Part shown: positions 1 to 9,784 of the stretch, piece by piece
Layout: each line of letters begins with the position of its first letter
Numbering within the stretch: the first letter of the stretch is position 1
NCBI GenBank assembly: GCA_011526105.1
Contig: WYAZ01000099.1
Coordinates: 2,032 to 66,031 of the forward strand
Direction of reading: 5' to 3'
DNA length: 64,000 bases
Source: Deltaproteobacteria bacterium
GTDB lineage: Bacteria; Myxococcota; Kuafuiibacteriia; Kuafuiibacteriales; Kuafuiibacteriaceae
The notes under the pieces: model-generated
Database searches by the model: none
The model's input: only the letters and a program-made list of their open reading frames with translations
Told to the model about the DNA's origin: nothing
Translations under genes and position numbers: made by a program

Positions 1-180
1 GCGGGGCTCGAACCCAAAGACGTTCTCGTATCGGTGAACCGTCTCCCGCTGTCGCACGCGCAGGCTGAGAAAGTGATCGCGACGGAATGGAAGGCCAAAG
101 GTCGCCTCGCCATCGAGGTGCTGCGCGACGGGCGATCGTTCTTCCTTCGAACCATCGCCGCCGGCTCCGGCGGGCGCTGA
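1..180 (+). CDS. C-terminal part of a PDZ-domain protein (partial, runs off the window)
   Basis: Frame 1 reads AGLEPKDVLVSVNRLPL...LAIEVLRDGRSFFL*, which fits the PDZ pattern AGL..GD.I..VNG...L.V.RDG; stop TGA at 178-180. Confidence 0.6.
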   Translation, partial: AGLEPKDVLVSVNRLPLSHAQAEKVIATEWKAKGRLAIEVLRDGRSFFLRTIAAGSGGR

Positions 181-181
181 G

Positions 182-916
182 TCAAGACCGCTTGCCGGCG
201 ATCATGCCGCGCACGATGAATCCGAGCACGAGTCCTACAACGAGCACCGCAATGAAGGTGTAGGGCGCGGCCACGTTCTCGAGACCGTGGGGCACGTTCA
301 TTCCGAGCAGCGCGGCCAGGGTCGCGGTGGGAAAGAACAACGCGACCAGCGTGTTTAGGCGATGGCCGGCCAAGCTCATCTGGTGGCTCTGGTCCGCGAG
401 GAGCTCGGTCTTCTGAGCCATCAGAAAGTCGAGCCCATTCTTGGCGTCGTTCAGCAAGATGTCAGCCTCGCGCTCGAGCCGATACGCGTCATCACGCAGG
501 GAGATGAGATCCTTCGCGCCCTCCACGGAGCCCCGTGCCTCCTGGAGTGCGGCGTGCATGTTCCGCGTGGACCGCGCCAGCGGGAGTGCCTGGTTGATCA
601 CGTCAAAGTAAGCCGAAGCCGTGGCGGCCGCCTTCTCCGCCTCCTGGAGCGCGTCGATTCGCTGCTCGTACTCTCCGAGGTGTGTCCGGATCGCGCCAAG
701 CCCACCCCCCAGGGTAGAGCTCCAGGTCCCATCCGGCTTGCGCCAGAAGAACCGACCCTCCCGCTGGTCTTGATCGGCACGCGGAGCGGCGTGCAGGATC
801 ACCAGCACGTGTCCGTCGGCAAGCATCGCGCGCTGACGTCCAGCCTCGGCGCCGAGGCGATCGGAGATCTCGGAAGGGATCTCCCAATTAGCGGGAAGTG
901 GGCTGCTGCGAGACAC
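182..916 (-). CDS. CorA-family divalent cation transporter-like protein (short form)
   Basis: Coiled region followed by two C-terminal TM helices with the GMN signature (LAALLGMNVP); GTG start at 916 chosen because the longer ORF overlaps the opposite-strand gene. Confidence 0.7.
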   Translation of the reverse strand: MSRSSPLPANWEIPSEISDRLGAEAGRQRAMLADGHVLVILHAAPRADQDQREGRFFWRKPDGTWSSTLGGGLGAIRTHLGEYEQRIDALQEAEKAAATASAYFDVINQALPLARSTRNMHAALQEARGSVEGAKDLISLRDDAYRLEREADILLNDAKNGLDFLMAQKTELLADQSHQMSLAGHRLNTLVALFFPTATLAALLGMNVPHGLENVAAPYTFIAVLVVGLVLGFIVRGMIAGKRS

Positions 917-1022
917 CGCCGAAGTGTGCCAAACCCCGGAGAAACCTGCCAGTGGGTCCCCTCGCCGAGCGGCCCCTTCGACTACCCAATTCCGCGCGAG
1001 TGCCGTAAGACCTCCCGGCCCC

Positions 1023-2588
1023 ATGCAGCTCTGGACGAACGGAAAGACGCACATCCTAGTCACGGGCCGCGGCCTCGCAAGGCTCGCCGCCCAGCGAACC
1101 ATCCACCGCTTTCCGCCTCCGGCCCCGGGAAAGCGGGACGTCGAGCCACCGTTTCCGCTCTTCCTCGCGGTCTTGGATGACGATGGGACCGAGCTCGTCT
1201 TCGGTCGGCCCGACGGGTGGGCGAGTGCCAAGCTCGGCAAGCAGGGCTTCCGAGTCGAGGAGCACACCGCCGAACTTCCGCTCGCACTCGCAAGCCTCGG
1301 TGGCGAGAACGCGGTGGCCCTCGTCGCCGAGCCGCATGCTGCCGGCGGGCTACGCGCGGTGCTGAAGCGAGCGCGAGTGAGCCACAGCAAAGGCATCGAA
1401 CTCCTCGACGCGTCCAGTTTACCGAAGGCCAAGCGCATCACTTGGTGGAAGGATGCTATCTGGGAGGCGGGTGATGTTCCTTGGCCCGAAGACGACATCG
1501 ACGATCTCGACTTCTCGGAGCTCGCGATCGCGGACACCAGAGCAGAGCTCGGCAAGCTCCGCCTCCGCGTTACCCCGCACGGGGTCACCGCGACGAGCAC
1601 ACGCTCGGGCATCGTGGCGGTGTGGGACCGCGAGACGCTTGCGCCAAAGTTCGCCATCCGCATCCCGACGCAGGACGAGGCCGAGATCTTCGCGCACGCG
1701 ACCAGCGAGGGCGTCTTCGCGGTTTTGACCATCGAAGGTCGAGACTCCGCGATGCTTCACTCGAGCCCAGAGGGCAAGCTGCTCGCGAAGCGGCACAAGA
1801 TGGGCCGCGACGCGGCCTACATGCTCGGCGATCCGCTCGTCATCGGGAACGAGGCCTACCTCACGCACGCGGAGACCGCGGCTAAGACCTATCGGGTAGG
1901 TCTGCCCGACCTGAGCGCGAAGGCGAGCAAGGAGTTCGAGGGCGATAAGACCCACATCCTCTATCACGGGGTCTCGGTCGACAGCGGCGCCGCGCTCGTC
2001 GCGTATGGTGATCCGGCGGCAGCGCCCCAGAAGTGGGAGCTTGCGGTCGTTCGTCCAGGAGAGAAGAAGCTCGCGGTCGAAGAACTCATCATCCCCGACT
2101 TCCGATCCCTTTCGCTCGGCGTGGGCGAAGGTGGCCCCAAGCGCATGGAAGGACCGCCGGCGCTCGGTCTCGCCAACAAGGAGCGGGCCTGGCGTACCAA
2201 CCTCGGCGAGCCGCTCACACTCGCCTTCGACATCCCAAGCAACGGCGGTCCGAGCACCGGGCTCTTCTTCGAGCTGAGCGGAGACGTCCTGAAGAACGGG
2301 CTTCTGAAGCCCGTCGAGATCAAGCTCGGCGAGGTGACCGCGCCCTTCCAAGGCAGCGGCGCGAGCTGGAAGGTCGAGCTGCCTCAGGTCCCGATCGAGG
2401 CCGCCTTCGCCGCCGCCAACCCTCGCACGAAGCAGATCTTTCCTCAGTCGAACACCAAGCTCTCGGCCCAGGTTCGATTCGAGAGTGTGGCAAAGGGACA
2501 AGGCCTGCTCATGGTCCGCGTGGGCCCTCTGGCGGCTACGGGTCGCAGCGGCTCAGCGATGGACGGTCGAACCGTCACGATCGGCTGA
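1023..2588 (+). CDS. Hypothetical protein, possibly with a beta-propeller-like middle region
   Basis: 521-aa ORF with typical codon usage and globular composition; no recognised motif. Confidence 0.6.
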   Translation: MQLWTNGKTHILVTGRGLARLAAQRTIHRFPPPAPGKRDVEPPFPLFLAVLDDDGTELVFGRPDGWASAKLGKQGFRVEEHTAELPLALASLGGENAVALVAEPHAAGGLRAVLKRARVSHSKGIELLDASSLPKAKRITWWKDAIWEAGDVPWPEDDIDDLDFSELAIADTRAELGKLRLRVTPHGVTATSTRSGIVAVWDRETLAPKFAIRIPTQDEAEIFAHATSEGVFAVLTIEGRDSAMLHSSPEGKLLAKRHKMGRDAAYMLGDPLVIGNEAYLTHAETAAKTYRVGLPDLSAKASKEFEGDKTHILYHGVSVDSGAALVAYGDPAAAPQKWELAVVRPGEKKLAVEELIIPDFRSLSLGVGEGGPKRMEGPPALGLANKERAWRTNLGEPLTLAFDIPSNGGPSTGLFFELSGDVLKNGLLKPVEIKLGEVTAPFQGSGASWKVELPQVPIEAAFAAANPRTKQIFPQSNTKLSAQVRFESVAKGQGLLMVRVGPLAATGRSGSAMDGRTVTIG

Positions 2589-4904
2589 GCGCGGTCTCCG
2601 GTGCAGACGCGAGGGGTACAGCAGCAGCCCCAGGATCAAGAGGCTCAGACCGGGCGCGTCTTCATCGAGGCTCACGGACCGGCAGCTCGACTCCGACGTA
2701 TCTTTGGTGACGACCGCTGAAGCGCTGAGATCTTGGGGCACAGGCTCCGACGCGGGCTTCGCCGAGACCCCAAGCTCCGCCAGCAGCTCGGTGGCCTCTT
2801 CGACCTCTTCGAGCAGAAACAGCAGGTACCTCACGTCAACCGACACGTTTCGCGATCGATCCGCGCTGTACGCGAAATCACCCGCGATGTTCTCCCACAC
2901 GCGATCGAAGTTGAGGCCAACGAGCTCTCCCTTCCCGTTCAGGACCGGACTCCCCGAGTTCCCGCCCGTGGTGTCCGCGTCGCTGAGAAAGCAGGTGGGC
3001 ACGTCCTCGAGTTGGGCGTCCGCGAATCGGCTCTCCTGCGCCTTCGGGTACGCGGTGCGAACGGACTCCGGGAGCTCGAAGGGCTCCTTGCCGGTGTGTT
3101 TTGCGATCGCGCCACTCAGCGTGGTTTGCGGCACCGCGAACAACCCGTCTTTAGGGCTGTATCCTGTGACCTTTGCGTGGCTGAAGCGAAGTGTTCCGTT
3201 GGCGTCCGGATACACCGGGCCGCTTCGCGAAGCCTTCAACATCGAGACATACTTAGGGCCGAGCTGAAGCATGCGGCCGGCCCGTGCACCTTCCTCCGCT
3301 TCTTTGCCTTCGAGCTCGAGTACAAACCGCTGGGCAAGCTCGAGCATGGGATCCGAAGACCGAGCCAAAGCCTCCTCGTCCGCTGCCTCGAAATGAGCTC
3401 GCACGACCTCTGGGCGATGGAGCGCGGTGTCTTTCAAGACGCTCGCCACGAAAGCTCGAGTGGTCGCCTGAGCGGCGCGTGATCTGGTCGCCGCCGAAGC
3501 GCCTTCCCCGAGTAACACGTCGCCGTGCCCAAGAATGGACTCGAGCATGGCCTGCTCGACCTTTCTGTCGAAATCCCGGAGCCGTCGGTCATTCGCGAGC
3601 TCGAGGTCTCGGACGTTTCGGTCGCGATACATCTCCACGCGATCGAGGTCGTCCTTCTTTCGCTCCCTGGCGCGCCGGATGAGATCGACGGCGACCCCGA
3701 GCAGGTTGGACGCACGGGGCGCGTTCTCGAGCAAAAAGTCCCGGTCGAAGGTCCGATGCCGCTCCTCGGAGAGCTGCGTCAGCTCGGAGAGGACCGAGGT
3801 GTACTGCTCGCCCGCCTTCTGGGCCCAAGCGGAGAGCGCAGCCTCCTCACTTTGCCGGCGCTCGAGCAGCCCCAGCTTGCTGAGGCCGGACATCATGCCT
3901 TCGGCGTTCTTTCGGCGGTTGGCGAGGCTCTTCTTCAGCGCCGCGACCTTGATCTCGATCGCCCTCGCCTTGGCGCCTTGGGACTCGAAGATCTCGATCC
4001 ACTCTCCGTAGAGCGTTCGAACGGCCGGCAGCACCTGCTCGAGCTGCCTCGAGACCTCGGACGCGGGAAGATAGCGGTGGGTTCGACCCGGGTACCCCAC
4101 GACCATGACGAAGGAACTCGGGCGCACGCCCTGGGTCGAGACGGGGAAGTGGGCGCGCGGTCGGTAGGGGATGTTCTTCGGGTCATGGTCGGCGCTCGCG
4201 CCTTCAGGGGAGACGTACGCACGGAGGACGGCGAAGTCGCCGGTGTGACGAGGCCACATCCAGTTGTCGATCTCTCCTCCATATTCGCCGATGGATGACG
4301 GCGGCGCGTACACGAGGCGAAGATCCCGCAGCTCGAGGTAACGGAAGAGCCGATACTCGGAGCCCAAGAAGAACTCCTCGACCTGACAACGCGCGCCGGT
4401 CCTGCCGGCCTCGCAGTCGCGAGCGAGCTGCTTCCTCTTGCGCTCGACCGCCTGGTGTTTGAGCCCGGGCTCGTCCGCCTCCGACGCCGCGCCGCGAACC
4501 TGCTCGGTGACGTCCTCGATTTGCTCGAGCACCCAGAGCTTGCTCCGGCCCACAGCCGGCAGCTCCTCGGCTTTGGAGCGCGCGAGAAAGCCGTTCTTCA
4601 GAAGGTCACGCTCCGGTGAGCTCTGCGCTTGAATCGCCCCATAGGCGCAGTGGTGGTTGGTCAGCATGAGGCCGTCCGCGGATACGAACCCCCCGGAGCA
4701 GCCGGAGTAGTTCACCGCCGCGCTCAAGAGACCGGGGCCATCCTTGCTCCACAAGGCCGAGGGCGAGATCTGGAGTCCTGCGGCACGAAGGGTCTCTTCC
4801 TTCAACTCGAGGATCTGCTTGGGGGTCCATTGGCCCTCGTCGGCCCGGACGGTCGCGGCAGACAGGGCGAGGACCGCGAGGACCAGAAGACCACACACAC
4901 GCAT
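2553..4904 (-). CDS. S46 family dipeptidyl peptidase (DPP11-like) with C-terminal MYXO-CTERM-like anchor
   Basis: Signal peptide then DEGQW; TNHHC (catalytic His); NWMWPRHTGDF; TTGGNSGSP (catalytic Ser); GLNFDRVWE; C-terminal SSC..hydrophobic helix..RLHRR. Confidence 0.9.
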   Translation of the reverse strand: MRVCGLLVLAVLALSAATVRADEGQWTPKQILELKEETLRAAGLQISPSALWSKDGPGLLSAAVNYSGCSGGFVSADGLMLTNHHCAYGAIQAQSSPERDLLKNGFLARSKAEELPAVGRSKLWVLEQIEDVTEQVRGAASEADEPGLKHQAVERKRKQLARDCEAGRTGARCQVEEFFLGSEYRLFRYLELRDLRLVYAPPSSIGEYGGEIDNWMWPRHTGDFAVLRAYVSPEGASADHDPKNIPYRPRAHFPVSTQGVRPSSFVMVVGYPGRTHRYLPASEVSRQLEQVLPAVRTLYGEWIEIFESQGAKARAIEIKVAALKKSLANRRKNAEGMMSGLSKLGLLERRQSEEAALSAWAQKAGEQYTSVLSELTQLSEERHRTFDRDFLLENAPRASNLLGVAVDLIRRARERKKDDLDRVEMYRDRNVRDLELANDRRLRDFDRKVEQAMLESILGHGDVLLGEGASAATRSRAAQATTRAFVASVLKDTALHRPEVVRAHFEAADEEALARSSDPMLELAQRFVLELEGKEAEEGARAGRMLQLGPKYVSMLKASRSGPVYPDANGTLRFSHAKVTGYSPKDGLFAVPQTTLSGAIAKHTGKEPFELPESVRTAYPKAQESRFADAQLEDVPTCFLSDADTTGGNSGSPVLNGKGELVGLNFDRVWENIAGDFAYSADRSRNVSVDVRYLLFLLEEVEEATELLAELGVSAKPASEPVPQDLSASAVVTKDTSESSCRSVSLDEDAPGLSLLILGLLLYPSRLHRRPRSADRDGSTVHR

Positions 4905-5002
4905 GGGCTGGGCCTACCGCCCGGATCGCCTGTGAGCAAGCCGCAGCACCGCTGTTGACCCTGGAACCCGGGGACTTCCTTGGACGATCGAACGGCCGGC
5001 GC

Positions 5003-5797
5003 TCAGAACGCGCCACCCACCTGCAGCAGTCCGTGCTCGACACCAGCGCTCGCCGAGAACCGAACCGGCGCGTCGTGGAGCGCCGGCACCAGGAGCCCGA
5101 GGCTCGTACCCACCGCCGCCCCCACGAGCACGTCGGTAGGGAAGTGATCACCGGCCAGGACGCGACTGACCCCTACGAACGACGCGACCCCAAGCCCGAT
5201 CCCGAGCGCGACATAGGGCATGGGTGAGCTTGGATGGAGACGCTTCAGCGTGGAATACATCGCGACGGCGGCGGCGAAGGTGCCCGCGGTGTGTCCGCTG
5301 AAGAACGAGAGCGAGGTGTTGCCGCGAGTGCGTTCCTCGAGCGAAGCCTCGGTCCCGTAGGCCAGTGGTCTCGGACGCCGAGCGCCCAGGTTGGCGAGCA
5401 CCCCGAGTGCGTTGGACCAAAGGATGGCCTGCGCGACCACCACTGCATCGTTCACGCCGTTCTCGAGCCCCTCATCGAGCACGAGGGTGAGCGCGGCGAG
5501 TCCGTAGGTCGCCGCCACGGTCGCATCACTCACCGTGCGAAAGCCGGCGTCGAAGCGTCCGGCCGCGAAGCGATCGAGGATGAAGACGGAGTCTTTGCGA
5601 CAAGCGTCCGGCCCGCAGAACGGAGGGGCGAGCTCATCCCTCAAGACCCAGCCAAAGGAGATCATGCCCGCCACGACCAGAACCGGAGCATCGACCTCGA
5701 GCCGCAGCTCGTAGGCCGGAAGAGAGGCCGCCGGAGACGGCGCGGCCTCCGGGCTGACGGTGCTGCTCATCGCCACGAGAAGCAGGAGTGGGTTCAT
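5003..5797 (-). CDS. PAP2 family phosphatase
   Basis: RPRP, SFFSGHT and SRVLAGDHFPTDV motifs; ATGA overlap with the upstream gene. Confidence 0.85.
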   Translation of the reverse strand: MNPLLLLVAMSSTVSPEAAPSPAASLPAYELRLEVDAPVLVVAGMISFGWVLRDELAPPFCGPDACRKDSVFILDRFAAGRFDAGFRTVSDATVAATYGLAALTLVLDEGLENGVNDAVVVAQAILWSNALGVLANLGARRPRPLAYGTEASLEERTRGNTSLSFFSGHTAGTFAAAVAMYSTLKRLHPSSPMPYVALGIGLGVASFVGVSRVLAGDHFPTDVLVGAAVGTSLGLLVPALHDAPVRFSASAGVEHGLLQVGGAF

Positions 5798-7356
5798 GGG
5801 TTCCATTCCAAACCGAAGGTCAGACGATACTGACGGTAGTAGAAAGGTACACCCCAAAGGTGGGGGATCGGGAAGGAGAGATCGGCCGGCTCGAGCACGA
5901 GCTGGAAATGATCGCTGACTCGGATGGCCACACCGAGCAGGTTCAGACCGAAGTAGAGGCCGGTGGAGCCTGCTTCGGCCCCCACCAAGTCGAAGAGCAG
6001 CACGCTCGTGCCGATGTGGGCCGTAGTCCGCAGCTCGACTCGGCCCAGCGAGAACCAGTGATAGATCCCGGTGAAGTAGATGTTCAGGGCGCCCGGCGCG
6101 AGCCGGGCCGCGTCGAGCGAGAACCAAGGGTTGATCTCCGCGTCTAGACCCAGGGTGAGATCCTGAAAGACCGGCACGCGCACCCCGCCGGCAAGCGCGA
6201 AGGCCCCGCGATCCAGCGAGGCCGAGCCGCCCACGTACAGACCCAACTGATCGATGGTGCGGCTCGAAGTCCTCACCTCCGAGGCAAGCGCCGGGCTCGC
6301 GAGCAGCAGGAGGCACAGCGCGACGCCCAAGCGGCGACGCCCGAGCACCAGAGCGCCGGCGAAAAGAAGAGCCAGAAGCGCGAGCCCGTGACGACCCCTC
6401 GAAGTGAGCGGCCTCGCCTCTTGGCATGCGCAGTCCGGCATAAGAGCGAGCTCTGCGGCATCACACCAGCGGTTGGTGGCGGTGCAGCCCTCCTCGAGCG
6501 ACAGCCTTCGGTCCAGCACCCCTTGAAGGCGTTCGATGCGACCGCTCCGACCGCCCGCACCGTCGGCGAGCGCACGCAACAGATCGATCGAGGCCGCGAC
6601 GGCGGCGCGTGTGCGCCATCCCGCTGGACCGTCAGAGTCATCGCAGACGTCGAGCGCAGTCACGTGCGCGTGCCCATCCTTTGACTCCGAGTAGTCACTC
6701 GACCTCGTCGAGTCGACGAAGTTCAAGACGTGGCGAATCCGCTCGTCCGCCGGCGCACGGAAGGTGTGTGAATAGCTGTCCTGCAGCGCGTGCAGAGCGC
6801 GGCCCGCGTGAAAGCCGAAGCGACGTACCGGGATCTCTATCTCCCCTCGGAAAGCCAAGTTGACCTCGGTCAAGACGGTCGCCTCTAGATCGATCCGATC
6901 GCTGGTCCCAAGAGCGGCCGAGAGCTCCTTCGAAATGAGGCTTCGGCACGAGGCGATCGCGGATCGATCTCCAGGGTCTCCATCGTCGATCGGAGACCGA
7001 AGACAGTGCTCGGACTGGAGCTTCGGATCGCCATGGACCGCGCTGAGCCCGGGGAGATCACTCGGCGCGACGCCCTTGAGGTCGTTGTGCCGCACGCCGA
7101 CGAGAAGCGCGATCGCCCAGGGGTTGCGCGCGGATTCTGGGATCTCGAAAGGCAGGTCCTCGAGGATGCGCCGCTCCATCTCGTTCAATGCGGGTGGGAT
7201 CGAGCCCTCCGGCCACCCAGCCAACTCGAGCGCGGCGAGGGTCATGCGCTCGTGGCAGCCGTCGGAGAGGGGGGTGTCGATCGTAAACGCGAACGCCGGC
7301 CCGGCACGAAAGGCTGCCACCACCCCCGCCAGGGCCAGAAAGAGCCGAGCACGCAC
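5794..7356 (-). CDS. Secreted Zn-dependent phospholipase C/P1-nuclease-like protein fused through a MYXO-CTERM-like segment to an outer-membrane beta-barrel-like domain
   Basis: Signal peptide; CHERMT, GVRHND, QSEHC and GRALHALQDSYSH metal-ligand pattern; internal CAC-TM-RRR followed by a second h-region ending ALA; alternating beta-strand C-terminal domain ending YRLTFGLEW. Confidence 0.6.
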   Translation of the reverse strand: MRARLFLALAGVVAAFRAGPAFAFTIDTPLSDGCHERMTLAALELAGWPEGSIPPALNEMERRILEDLPFEIPESARNPWAIALLVGVRHNDLKGVAPSDLPGLSAVHGDPKLQSEHCLRSPIDDGDPGDRSAIASCRSLISKELSAALGTSDRIDLEATVLTEVNLAFRGEIEIPVRRFGFHAGRALHALQDSYSHTFRAPADERIRHVLNFVDSTRSSDYSESKDGHAHVTALDVCDDSDGPAGWRTRAAVAASIDLLRALADGAGGRSGRIERLQGVLDRRLSLEEGCTATNRWCDAAELALMPDCACQEARPLTSRGRHGLALLALLFAGALVLGRRRLGVALCLLLLASPALASEVRTSSRTIDQLGLYVGGSASLDRGAFALAGGVRVPVFQDLTLGLDAEINPWFSLDAARLAPGALNIYFTGIYHWFSLGRVELRTTAHIGTSVLLFDLVGAEAGSTGLYFGLNLLGVAIRVSDHFQLVLEPADLSFPIPHLWGVPFYYRQYRLTFGLEWNP

Positions 7357-7486
7357 GTGGGGGGGACTGTAGCAGCCTTGGCCGGAACTCTCTCCTCCGA
7401 ACGGGCGGCGAATCGAGCGGGATTTCTCGGATTGACCGGCTTGGAACTTGGCGGCGGGCCCGAGATCACCCCATCATGAGGGTTCG

Positions 7487-7993
7487 GTGTCCAAGCAAGC
7501 AGACAGCAGTTCGCCCCTGGTGGGGGTCATCATGGGCTCCAAGAGCGACTGGGATTCGACGATGCGCTTTGCGCACGAGACCCTGACACAGCTCGCGATC
7601 CCGCACGAGTGCAAGGTCGTTTCGGCGCACCGCACACCAGAGCTCATGATCGAGTACGCACGCTCCGCCGAGTCGCGTGGTCTCGAGCTCATCATCGCCG
7701 GGGCCGGCGGAGCCGCCCACCTCCCCGGCATGACCGCCTCCGAGACCCTGCTCCCGGTCATCGGCGTGCCGGTGCAGAGCCGGGCGCTCGACGGCATGGA
7801 CTCATTGCTCTCGATCGTTCAGATGCCGGCGGGCATCCCGGTCGCCACCATGGCCATCGGCAAGCCCGGCGCCATCAACGCCGCGCTCTACGCGGCCGCA
7901 ATGCTCGCTCGAACTCGGCCCGAGCTCCGTACGCGGCTCGCCGCACACCGCGAGGCCCAAGCCAAACTCGTCGAGGCGGAGACCCTCGAGTGA
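7487..7993 (+). CDS. purE: N5-carboxyaminoimidazole ribonucleotide mutase
   Basis: [41 protein letters not shown]. Confidence 0.97.
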   Translation: MSKQADSSSPLVGVIMGSKSDWDSTMRFAHETLTQLAIPHECKVVSAHRTPELMIEYARSAESRGLELIIAGAGGAAHLPGMTASETLLPVIGVPVQSRALDGMDSLLSIVQMPAGIPVATMAIGKPGAINAALYAAAMLARTRPELRTRLAAHREAQAKLVEAETLE

Positions 7994-9141
7994 CACTCAT
8001 CGCGCCCGGGCGCTCGGTGGGCGTACTCGGCAACGGTCAGCTCGGTCGAATGTTCGGACTCGCCGCGAGGACGATGGGCTACCGCTTTGTCGTCTATGGG
8101 CCCGATGCGAAGGGACCCGCATCTCAGATCGCGGACCAGACCATCATCGGGGCCTATGAGGACCTCGATCGCGTACGCGAGTTCGCCGGATGCGTCGATG
8201 TGCTCAGCTTCGAGTTCGAGAACGTGCCGGCCGCGACCGCCGCCGCTGCGGAGGCCCTCACGCGCGTTCGTCCTGGGCCGAGGGTCCTTCACACCTGTCA
8301 ACACCGGTTGCGCGAGAAGACGCATCTGTTGTCTGCCAGTCTGCCGGTGGCGGCGTTCGGCGCGGTGCAGAGCGCCGTCGAGGCTGAGTCGGTGGCCGAG
8401 CGAGTGGGAATGCCGGGCGTGCTCAAGACCGCGGCCTCCGGTTACGACGGAAAGGGCCAAGCGAAGGTCCTGCAGCTCGAGGATGCGGCGCCGGCGTTCG
8501 AGTCGCTGGGCGGCGTAGAATGCATCTACGAGCGCTTTATCGAGTTCGAACGCGAGGTCTCGGTCGTGGCCGCTCGGGGCGAAGACGGTCGCTTCGCTCA
8601 CTACGGCCTGTTCGAGAACAGTCACCAGAATCACATCCTCGATCTCACACGGAGCCCGGCCCGGGTGTCCAGCGCTACCGCGCGCAGAGCGGAAGAGATC
8701 ACCCGCGTGGTCCTCGAGTCCCTCGAGGTCGTCGGGGTCTTGTGCGTCGAGATGTTCCTCACCGGCGATGGTGAGTTGCTGGTCAACGAACTCGCGCCGC
8801 GCCCTCACAACTCGGGGCACCTGAGCATCGAGGCGCACGAGACGAGTCAGTTCGAACAGCAGCTCCGCGCGGTGGCCGGACTGCCGCTCGGTTCGACGGC
8901 CCCCCGCGCGGCGGCCGCGATGGCGAACCTGCTCGGCGACCTTTGGGCGAACGGGAGCCCGCGCTTCGCGGACGCGCTTCGCGAGCCGGCCGTGCACCTC
9001 CACCTCTACGGCAAGACGGGCCCCAAACCCGGACGCAAGATGGGGCACCTCACCGCCCTCGCCTCCACCCCCGACGAAGCCGCAGAGAAAGTCCTCAAAG
9101 CTCGGGAAAGCCTTGTTTTGCCGCTCTCCGAAATCGAGTAG
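7990..9141 (+). CDS. purK: N5-carboxyaminoimidazole ribonucleotide synthase
   Basis: [33 protein letters not shown]; GTGA overlap with purE. Confidence 0.96.
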   Translation: MTLIAPGRSVGVLGNGQLGRMFGLAARTMGYRFVVYGPDAKGPASQIADQTIIGAYEDLDRVREFAGCVDVLSFEFENVPAATAAAAEALTRVRPGPRVLHTCQHRLREKTHLLSASLPVAAFGAVQSAVEAESVAERVGMPGVLKTAASGYDGKGQAKVLQLEDAAPAFESLGGVECIYERFIEFEREVSVVAARGEDGRFAHYGLFENSHQNHILDLTRSPARVSSATARRAEEITRVVLESLEVVGVLCVEMFLTGDGELLVNELAPRPHNSGHLSIEAHETSQFEQQLRAVAGLPLGSTAPRAAAAMANLLGDLWANGSPRFADALREPAVHLHLYGKTGPKPGRKMGHLTALASTPDEAAEKVLKARESLVLPLSEIE

Positions 9142-9151
9142 GGTGCCGCCC

Positions 9152-9472
9152 ATGGCAAACAGCGTTCGTGCATCGCACATCCTCCTCATGTACAGCGGCT
9201 CCTCTCGATCGAGCGCCACGCGCTCCAAAGAAGAGGCGGCTCAGCAGATCCAGGGGCTCAAGAAAGAACTCGACGGCGGGGCCGACTTCGCCACGCTTGC
9301 GAAGCAGCACTCCGACTGTCCTTCAAAGGCCAAGGGCGGCGACCTTGGCACGTTTGGGCCGGGTCAGATGGTGAAGCCCTTCGAGACCGCCGCATTCTCG
9401 ATGCCGGTCGGCGGCGTCAGTGACGTCGTCGAGACCGACTTCGGCTATCACCTGATCACTCGAACCGGGTGA
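9152..9472 (+). CDS. ppiC: Parvulin-type peptidyl-prolyl cis-trans isomerase
   Basis: VRASHIL, SDCPSKAKGGDLG, MVKPFE, TDFGYHLI. Confidence 0.9.
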   Translation: MANSVRASHILLMYSGSSRSSATRSKEEAAQQIQGLKKELDGGADFATLAKQHSDCPSKAKGGDLGTFGPGQMVKPFETAAFSMPVGGVSDVVETDFGYHLITRTG

Positions 9473-9494
9473 GTTCTAGACGTGCGGGGCTCGA

Positions 9495-9734
9495 TCAGCC
9501 CTTGCACTCGCTCACGCACTTCTCGCGCGCAGCGTCAGCCGCGATGGTGCACGCGTTCTGATCGGCCTCTTCGGCACACTTCTCAACAGCCTCGTCCTTG
9601 GCCTTGTCGCAAGCGGCATTGCAGGCCGCCGCCTCGGGGTCGGGTGCTGCCATGCTGGCGCCTCCGCCTTTGCAGCCCGCGAGGGCCCCCACCGCAAAGA
9701 ACATCGCCAAAGAAATCGTCGGTAGAATCTTCAT
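9495..9734 (-). CDS. Small Cys-rich lipoprotein
   Basis: Lipobox LAGC; six further Cys; AGAAAGGT Shine-Dalgarno-like sequence upstream. Confidence 0.7.
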   Translation of the reverse strand: MKILPTISLAMFFAVGALAGCKGGGASMAAPDPEAAACNAACDKAKDEAVEKCAEEADQNACTIAADAAREKCVSECKG

Positions 9735-9784
9735 TTATGACCTTTCTGGTCGAGCTTCGCGACCGGTGCAATCGCGTACACCAT

